A stretch of 32,000 nucleotides of DNA from Candidatus Nanosynbacter sp. BB002 (GTDB taxonomy: Bacteria; Patescibacteriota; Saccharimonadia; Saccharimonadales; Saccharimonadaceae). Shown one piece after another: positions 26,283 through 32,000 of the stretch (position 1 is its first letter; each line of letters starts with the position of its first letter). The stretch spans positions 180,001-212,000 of the forward strand of contig NZ_CP146064.1 of NCBI RefSeq assembly GCF_037013405.1, read 5' to 3'. A program made the translations under genes and the position numbers. The notes beneath the pieces are model-generated. The model was given only the letters and a program-made list of their open reading frames with translations, had not been told where the DNA came from and searched no databases.

Positions 26283-27449
26283 CTAGGCGGTTTTTAGTAG
26301 CAATATTTCACGCACCACGACTTGGTCGGATCGGGAGTAGATGAGAGGCGGTTGCTGTAGGATATAGCCTAGCTTTTTTAGGTCTTTGATGAGTGGCAGA
26401 TGGGTCAGGTTGTGGCTGGCATCACGCCAAGCAGGTACGGCGATGCACAGTGTGGTACCGGGTGTCAGTTGACTATGAATATTGCGTAAAAAGTTAGTGA
26501 TGATGTGATTGCAATTGCCGGTTACTTCGTGGAGCTTTTTGGGACTTGGTGGCGCAGAGAAGGGTTGTCCAAGGTAGGTTTCACAGACCACGGCATTAAG
26601 CTGTTGGGCTTTTGGCCACTGATGAGTCATGGCATCAGCTTGTTCAAGGCTATGTACCGTGCCGGTGATATGGTATTTGCTCTGCAACCAGGTTAGATTT
26701 TCTGTCGTGTAATCAATCATCTTTTGGCTGAGGTCGCTACCACAGACGTCATACCCTTTGAGCAAGGCTTCCTGGAGAACGGTGCCGGTACCACAAAAAG
26801 GGTCGAGAATGGTTGCTTTTGCGGCGTTGCCGACTGCTAGATTCACCATGATTTGCGCCAGCTTTGGCGGTAACATGCCGACGAATGCGTCACGGCGTGG
26901 CCGGTTACGGTCACGGCGGGCATAGGCGGTGATGTTTTGCGCGCCATTACTTTCAGCGATGAGGATGGCGCTGTCATCTGTTTTGATGATGAATAACTCG
27001 CGTTTTTTAGGACTGAGCCCAAGCTTATTGTTATGCGAAGTGGCAGTTGATAGTTCCGTGGTGGTGTTTGGGATGAGCCGCAGACTGACATTGTGCTTTT
27101 TCATGGAAGTTTTGAGCAACAGGCCAATGCTTTGCAGCTGGCGAGGTGAGATCGAGAATCCATAGGCACTGATGCCGAGGGTGATTTTTCCACCGACTGC
27201 CAAGAGTTGATGAACATAAGTACGCGTAATCCAGTGAGAGGTTTGCTCCAGAGTCGGGTGACCGTCGGCTGGAAGGGTGTGGATGATTTTGCCGCATTTG
27301 AGCGATCCGCCAAGGGAGTCGATCGACAGGTTATCAGTGTCAACGACAGCGGTACTGCGGCTGACAGCACGAACGTGTGATTTTCCAAACATGGCTTCTA
27401 ATTCTGCGATTGACAACTTCGGCAAGCGTCCTAATATTGCTACGAACAT
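26283..27449 (-). CDS. SAM-dependent methyltransferase, Trm11/UPF0020-like (putative RNA methyltransferase) with a non-canonical motif IV
   Basis: PPKLAQIMVNLA...ILDPFCGTGTVLQEA (motif I) resembles Trm11/Trm14-type N2-G methyltransferases. The position expected to hold DPPY reads ETYLG (26568-26582). Confidence 0.55.
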   Translation of the reverse strand: MFVAILGRLPKLSIAELEAMFGKSHVRAVSRSTAVVDTDNLSIDSLGGSLKCGKIIHTLPADGHPTLEQTSHWITRTYVHQLLAVGGKITLGISAYGFSISPRQLQSIGLLLKTSMKKHNVSLRLIPNTTTELSTATSHNNKLGLSPKKRELFIIKTDDSAILIAESNGAQNITAYARRDRNRPRRDAFVGMLPPKLAQIMVNLAVGNAAKATILDPFCGTGTVLQEALLKGYDVCGSDLSQKMIDYTTENLTWLQSKYHITGTVHSLEQADAMTHQWPKAQQLNAVVCETYLGQPFSAPPSPKKLHEVTGNCNHIITNFLRNIHSQLTPGTTLCIAVPAWRDASHNLTHLPLIKDLKKLGYILQQPPLIYSRSDQVVVREILLLKTA

Positions 27450-27455
27450 ATCTAT

Positions 27456-27464
27456 AGTATATCA
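27456..27464 (-). promoter_or_regulatory. Extended -10 box TGaTATACT, 6 nt before the ATG at 27449 (minus strand)
   Basis: The reverse complement of 27456-27464 reads TGATATACT. Confidence 0.5.
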
Positions 27465-27470
27465 GGCTCG

Positions 27471-27479
27471 TGGTATAAT
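27471..27479 (+). promoter_or_regulatory. Extended -10 box TGgTATAAT, 8 nt before the ATG at 27488
   Basis: TATAAT at 27474-27479. It is back to back with the minus-strand -10 box within a 38-bp gap. Confidence 0.55.
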
Positions 27480-27487
27480 GGAGAGGT

Positions 27488-28564
27488 ATGTTTTCTCGGA
27501 AAATTTCGAAGGTGTTGAAAACACTGAAATCGCCGCGCATAATCATCAGTCTAATTACACTATTGGTTTTGGTGGCAATCATCTATTTGTCGCGTCATGA
27601 ACTGCTGCGAGCATGGGAGTTGTTGGGAACGGCTAATGTTGGGTTATTGGCCTTGCTGCTGCCGGCGCAGATCATCGTGTATTATGCTGGTGGCGAAATG
27701 ATTTTTTCTTATCTGCGTGATAGGAAGCTTATCAAACATGTGTCGCGGCTAGAGCAAGTGCGAATTGCACTGGAGTTGAACTTGGTAAATCATATCTTTC
27801 CGTCAGGCGGGGTGAGTGGTATTTCCTACACGACATGGAGGATGAGCAAGCTCGGTGTGAGCTCGGCGCGTTCAACGTTTGCGCAGCTCCTGAGATATGT
27901 GACAGGGTTTTTGTCAATGCTAGCCATGATGATCGTGGCGGTGGTGTTTTTGGCAGTAGACGGTCGCATCAACCGGTATATTGTGGCATCAAGTTTCCTG
28001 GTCGTGGTGGTTGTCCTGAGCCTAACATTTGCCATCATCTACATGTTTTCTTCTCGTCATAGGATGCACAAGGCGGCGCGCCGAATTGCGCGAGGGCTTA
28101 ATGCTATCACTAAATGTGTGACGTTTGGTATGCAGCGCCAGTTGGTTCAGGCGGAGCAGATGGATACCTTTTTCTCTGATATGCACGACGATTTCTCGGA
28201 ATTGATGCAAGATAAACGCTTGATAGTCAAACCGTTTTTGTGGGGAATTGTGTATGCGTCGTTTGATATTTTGATGTTTATGCTGGCTTTTTGGTCATTG
28301 GGTGCGTCGGTCAATCCAGCAGTGCTGCTGATTGGCTATATCGCGGCGGGCTTTGCTGGGATCATCATCTTTACGCCAGGCGGTGCAGGTGTGTATGAGA
28401 CGATCATGATTTTGTTTTTGAGCATGACTGGTACGCCACCAGATATCGCTATCGCGGGCATCATACTGACGCGTGTCATTTTGCTCATGGGAACAATTGT
28501 CCTTGGCTATATTTTCTATCAGCACGCGCTAATCAAATATGGTAAGCCTCACCGTGACTCCTAA
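27488..28564 (+). CDS. UPF0104 / lysylphosphatidylglycerol-synthase-TM-like (flippase-like) membrane protein
   Basis: About 8 TM helices. The N-terminal pattern SRHELLRAWELLGTANVGLLALLL and the C-terminal FTPGGAGVYE motif are typical of this family. Confidence 0.6.
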   Translation: MFSRKISKVLKTLKSPRIIISLITLLVLVAIIYLSRHELLRAWELLGTANVGLLALLLPAQIIVYYAGGEMIFSYLRDRKLIKHVSRLEQVRIALELNLVNHIFPSGGVSGISYTTWRMSKLGVSSARSTFAQLLRYVTGFLSMLAMMIVAVVFLAVDGRINRYIVASSFLVVVVVLSLTFAIIYMFSSRHRMHKAARRIARGLNAITKCVTFGMQRQLVQAEQMDTFFSDMHDDFSELMQDKRLIVKPFLWGIVYASFDILMFMLAFWSLGASVNPAVLLIGYIAAGFAGIIIFTPGGAGVYETIMILFLSMTGTPPDIAIAGIILTRVILLMGTIVLGYIFYQHALIKYGKPHRDS

Positions 28565-29651
28565 GTTTAGCGTTAGCGAATTTTTGGCGGTTGTCAATCA
28601 GTCGCTAGAGCTGGCCTTTGGCTCGGTGCAGATTGAAGGTGAAGTCAGCTCGTTTAAGGTCAATCACCAAAAATACGTTTTCTTTGACTTGAAAGATGAT
28701 GACGGTACGGTCAATTGTTTCATGACGGTGTGGCAGCTGAGAATGCCTATTCATGACGGGATGCGAGTGGTAGTACGGGCAGTGCCGAAGGTGACCGATT
28801 GGGGCAAGTTTAGTTTAACCGTACAGTCAGTGCAGCCAGTGGGCGAAGGAAATTTACGCAAAAGCTTTGAACTGCTGCGTAAAAAGCTGTCAGATGAGGG
28901 GCTGTTTGATGATGCTCGCAAACGATTGTTGCCGTCACGGCCGCAGCATGTGGCGGTTATCTCTAGCACCAATTCAGCTGGATACGCTGACTTTATGAAA
29001 ATCGCCAATGAACGCTGGGGCGGCGTTCGGTTTAGTGTGGTAAATGTGATGGTGCAGGGCGAAACGGCGGCAGATCAGATCATCAGGGCGGTTGAGAAGA
29101 TTGAAAGCTTGGCGGACCTACCAGAGGTGATCGTGGTGATTCGTGGGGGAGGCAGCGCTGATGACTTGAGTGTGTTCAATGACGAATTGCTAGTGCGAAA
29201 ACTGGCGTCCAGTCGAGTGCCGGTTGTGACGGGGATTGGTCATGAAATTGACACGACATTGTGCGATCTTGCGGCTGATGTACGAGCGTCAACGCCAAGC
29301 AATGCAGCGCAGCTATTGCTGCCGGATAAGCAAGATATGATCCGGTCGATCAAGCACCAGCTTCGTGGCGTGGCGCTACAAACAGTACGAGCGATTGACG
29401 AGGAATTGGAACTGGTACAGGCGGCGCGCAGCAATGCTCTGGATAGCTGGCGTCAGCACGTTGAGGAGCTGCTGAGTGATGTACAGTCACGCATCAGGTT
29501 GATTAGTGAATACGATCCAGAATTAGCCCTGGCAAGAGGTTATGCTATGATTAGGGGTAATTGTGCGGTCGGGGAAGTGATTGAAATACAAACTAACAAA
29601 GCTTTGATGAAAGCGAGGGTTGAAGCATATGCAGAACGAACCAACAATTAA
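28539..29651 (+). CDS. xseA: Exodeoxyribonuclease VII large subunit
   Basis: N-terminal OB fold (FSVSEFLAVVNQSLELAFGSVQIEGEVSSFK), catalytic region (VISSTNSAGYADF...IRGGGSADDL..FN...VVTGIGHE.D.T..D..AD.RA.TPS.AA). Confidence 0.9.
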   Translation: MVSLTVTPKFSVSEFLAVVNQSLELAFGSVQIEGEVSSFKVNHQKYVFFDLKDDDGTVNCFMTVWQLRMPIHDGMRVVVRAVPKVTDWGKFSLTVQSVQPVGEGNLRKSFELLRKKLSDEGLFDDARKRLLPSRPQHVAVISSTNSAGYADFMKIANERWGGVRFSVVNVMVQGETAADQIIRAVEKIESLADLPEVIVVIRGGGSADDLSVFNDELLVRKLASSRVPVVTGIGHEIDTTLCDLAADVRASTPSNAAQLLLPDKQDMIRSIKHQLRGVALQTVRAIDEELELVQAARSNALDSWRQHVEELLSDVQSRIRLISEYDPELALARGYAMIRGNCAVGEVIEIQTNKALMKARVEAYAERTNN

Positions 29652-29814
29652 CGAACTACTAGAGCAGCTGGACAAAGAAATGGCATGGTTTCACAGTGAT
29701 GAGTTTCGGCTAGAAGAGGCGCGTGAGCGGTTTCTGGCTGTCAAAAAAGTGGCGGAGCAGGCAGAAGAGCAACTGTTAAATATAAAAAACGAAATTGAAG
29801 TGCTGGGTGAGTAG
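29629..29814 (+). CDS. xseB: Exodeoxyribonuclease VII small subunit
   Basis: Short helical protein directly after and overlapping xseA (INELLEQLDKEMAWF...LEEARERFLAVKKVAEQAEEQL). GAGGGT at 29615-29620 is 8 nt before the ATG at 29629; the ORF-caller start at 29620 is a TTG. Confidence 0.8.
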   Translation: MQNEPTINELLEQLDKEMAWFHSDEFRLEEARERFLAVKKVAEQAEEQLLNIKNEIEVLGE

Positions 29815-29820
29815 TCCATC

Positions 29821-30357
29821 ATGGAAGTGATAATTATTTGTGGGCTGATACTATTTTTGATATTTGGACTGACCGCGTTCATCGGTGCGCCATATGTGCC
29901 AACGCGACATACTGATATTCATAGGCTTTTGACGGATGAACTAAAGTTGACCAACGATGACATCGTGCTAGATGTGGGGTCAGGTGATGGCGCCGTGCTA
30001 CAAGAGGTGGCGAGGACCGGTGCTCAGGCTATTGGCTATGAGATTAATCCGTTTTTAGTGCTAGCGTCTCGCTGGCGGCTAAGAAAATATGCCAAGAACG
30101 TGCGCATCAAATGGACGAATGCGTGGACGACGCAGCCTGCCAAACACATCACGGTGATATACGCGTTTGGTGCAGGGCTGCATTTGAAGAAAATTTATCA
30201 ATTGGCTCGGCAACAGGCGACCCACCAGGGTAGACCGTTACGATTGGTCAGTTATGGCTATCGGCTAGATACCACGAAGAACGACCGACTACTGAAAGAA
30301 GCTGGTCCGTATTTTCTGTATGAAATACGCCCTGACTTTACAGGAGACAAAGCATAA
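29821..30357 (+). CDS. Membrane-anchored class I SAM-dependent methyltransferase, FAM173 (ATPSCKMT/ANTKMT)-like
   Basis: One N-terminal TM helix followed by GAPYVPT, motif I VLDVGSGDGAVL, and then IGYEINPFLV. From memory, this arrangement matches the FAM173 lysine methyltransferase family. Confidence 0.55.
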   Translation: MEVIIICGLILFLIFGLTAFIGAPYVPTRHTDIHRLLTDELKLTNDDIVLDVGSGDGAVLQEVARTGAQAIGYEINPFLVLASRWRLRKYAKNVRIKWTNAWTTQPAKHITVIYAFGAGLHLKKIYQLARQQATHQGRPLRLVSYGYRLDTTKNDRLLKEAGPYFLYEIRPDFTGDKA

Positions 30358-30359
30358 GC

Positions 30360-30365
30360 TATAAT
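30360..30365 (+). promoter_or_regulatory. -10 box TATAAT, 7 nt before the ATG at 30373
   Basis: TATAAT at 30360-30365. The ORF-caller ATG at 30364 lies inside the box. Confidence 0.5.
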
Positions 30366-30372
30366 GCAAGAT

Positions 30373-31029
30373 ATGAAAAGAAGACAATTTGAACAGGGGT
30401 CAATCAACGGCTGGATGGTCGGTACGATTGGTTTTTTGGTGTTAACGTTAATCGCTGGAGCTGTGGCGGCTTGGATGTTCGTGGAGTACACACGAGAGAA
30501 GACTGGCGTTGACGCAAAGGTCGCCAGTGCGGTTGCCAAAGGCAAAAATGAGCAGGCAGAGCTTGACCAGAAGCGATTTTCTGAAGAAGCCAAGAATCCG
30601 CGCGTTGAGTTTGTTGGGCCAAATGAATTTGGTCGAGTTTCGTTCATGTATCCAAAGACCTGGAGTGCATATGTTGACCAAGACGGTACTGACCGCGGTG
30701 ACTACAAAGCGTACCTACATCCGGGCACTGTGCCGCCAGCACGCTCAAACACCAGCCGCTTTGCTGTTCGTTTAGAGGTGTTGAATAGTGACTTTGATAA
30801 GGTGCTGAGTCAGTATGCCAACCAGTTGAAGAAGGGTGAATTGACCTCCAGTAGTGTTGAATTTAACGGTAACGCAGCTACTCGCTTGGACGGTGCTTTC
30901 TCTAAAGAATTGCGCGGTTCAGTGGTCTTGATGCGAGTGCGAGACAAAACGATTCGTTTCTCTACTGATGCTGACGTCTTCAAGCCAGATTTTCAGGCAG
31001 TTCTCGACACGGTTAAGTTTGTTCAGTAA
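30373..31029 (+). CDS. Hypothetical membrane-anchored protein with an extracytoplasmic domain
   Basis: Starts MKRRQFEQGS, has a single TM helix (WMVGTIGFLVLTLIAGAVAAWMF), then about 170 aa of mixed alpha/beta-looking sequence. No family recognised with confidence. Confidence 0.55.
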   Translation: MKRRQFEQGSINGWMVGTIGFLVLTLIAGAVAAWMFVEYTREKTGVDAKVASAVAKGKNEQAELDQKRFSEEAKNPRVEFVGPNEFGRVSFMYPKTWSAYVDQDGTDRGDYKAYLHPGTVPPARSNTSRFAVRLEVLNSDFDKVLSQYANQLKKGELTSSSVEFNGNAATRLDGAFSKELRGSVVLMRVRDKTIRFSTDADVFKPDFQAVLDTVKFVQ

Positions 31030-31038
31030 TACGCCAAT

Positions 31039-31047
31039 TGCTATACT
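31039..31047 (+). promoter_or_regulatory. Extended -10 box TGcTATACT, 10 nt before the ATG at 31058
   Basis: TATACT at 31042-31047. Confidence 0.5.
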
Positions 31048-31057
31048 GTAAGTAGGT

Positions 31058-31774
31058 ATGGCGGAGGTAAGATGGAATAATGCTGAATTTGGGCAGCTGC
31101 CAAGTGTAGCAGTGGCTGCCCATGAGTTGAAATCTCCGCTGGCACTCATCAGGCAACTGAGTCTACTACTGGAAGAGGGGCTGCTAGATGCAGCTGAAAC
31201 GCGTCACATTGCTCAGCAACTGTCGAGTATCAGTGATCAGTCGTTGGCGTTGGTACAGGACTTGGCGCAAACGGCTCACTTGTCACCAACGTTATTTCCT
31301 CTGGAGCCCATCAACCCACTGGCGTTGTGTCAGCAAATGGCCATGGAATTACACCCGATGTTGCGTTTGTACGGTCAGTCAATCGACTGGCCGAAAAAAC
31401 AGTCGGCGAAGCATTTGGTGGTGGCAAACAGGGCGTTATTGTCGCGGATTTTAGCTAACTTTTTGAATAATTCGCTCAAATACAGCGAAAAAGATATGCC
31501 CATACGGGTGACAATTCGCCAAATTGGCTCGACGCTGAGGATCTTGATCCGTGACCACGGCCCGATGATGAGCCGTGCGGATTATGCGCGGCTTATCGAT
31601 GAGATGGAGCAGCGAAAATCAGTTCGCACACGCCCTGACAGCAGCGGCTTGGGCGTATACGTGGCGTCGCAATTTGCAAAAGCCATGGGCGGAACTATTG
31701 GTTTGATCAGGCATCGTGATGGGCTGACGTTTTATGTAGAATTACCCATAAGCCAACAGATGAGTTTGCTATGA
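31058..31774 (+). CDS. Minimal cytoplasmic histidine kinase (DHp + CA only; no TM or sensor domain)
   Basis: H-box AAHELKSPLALI at residues 20-31, N-box NFLNNSLKYS, D-box IRDHGPMM, G-box SSGLGVYVASQFAKAMGG. 238 aa in total. Confidence 0.85.
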   Translation: MAEVRWNNAEFGQLPSVAVAAHELKSPLALIRQLSLLLEEGLLDAAETRHIAQQLSSISDQSLALVQDLAQTAHLSPTLFPLEPINPLALCQQMAMELHPMLRLYGQSIDWPKKQSAKHLVVANRALLSRILANFLNNSLKYSEKDMPIRVTIRQIGSTLRILIRDHGPMMSRADYARLIDEMEQRKSVRTRPDSSGLGVYVASQFAKAMGGTIGLIRHRDGLTFYVELPISQQMSLL

Positions 31775-32000
31775 AAAAAGTGCTGATTATTGAGGACGAT
31801 CCAGTGTGGGCAAAGCTGATACAGCATTATATCTCGGAGGCTGGCGCTGAGTCGCGGATTGTTATTGCTCCGGGGCAGGCACTGGAAATGATTGATGATT
31901 GGCACCCAGATGCGTTGGTTTTGGACATGCTCTTGGCGAGTGAAACGGGCATGGCCCTGCTGAATGAATTGAAAAGTCATGAGGACTTGGCTAATTTGCC
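31771..32000 (+). CDS. Response regulator, N-terminal receiver domain; the 3' end runs off the window
   Basis: ATGA overlap with the kinase stop codon. My own translation reads MKKVLIIEDDPVWAKLIQHYISEAG...PDALVLDMLLASETGMALLNELK, which has the receiver acidic pocket and phospho-acceptor Asp. Confidence 0.8.
   Translation, partial: MKKVLIIEDDPVWAKLIQHYISEAGAESRIVIAPGQALEMIDDWHPDALVLDMLLASETGMALLNELKSHEDLANL

Overview
This is a densely packed, mostly housekeeping region: 34 CDS, 31 of them on the + strand, at roughly 50% GC. It encodes translation factors and aminoacyl-tRNA synthetases (proS, lysS, serS, prfB, hpf, rpmA, greA), secretion (secA), envelope and division functions (rseP fragment, uppP, murD, ftsE, ftsX, a PcsB-like CHAP hydrolase, an S41 peptidase), DNA repair (xseA, xseB), an ABC exporter with a PadR/PspC-type module, two unusual methyltransferases, and small two-component proteins. 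Several proteins are in reduced forms: ProRS lacks the INS domain, SecA lacks the Zn finger, HPF is short, and one histidine kinase has no sensor. This fits a reduced-genome, Gram-positive-like or Patescibacteria/Saccharibacteria-like organism, but that is low-confidence inference only. I found no CRISPR array, tRNA/rRNA gene, transposase, integrase or recognisable defence operon, and no clear novel multi-gene system. The points most worth follow-up are: (1) a GC-rich multi-hairpin element of about 160 nt (7835-7992) in a convergent intergenic gap, beside an AT-rich orphan gene; (2) a repeated promoter layout, TGnTATAAT placed 6-10 nt before the ATG, at 15 transcription-unit starts, which implies widespread leaderless mRNAs and corrects several ORF-caller start sites; (3) a perfect 14-bp palindrome over the promoter of the ABC-PadR-PspC operon; (4) an ftsEX / coiled-coil CHAP hydrolase / S41 protease cluster; (5) a membrane-anchored FAM173-like methyltransferase and a Trm11-like methyltransferase with a non-canonical catalytic motif.
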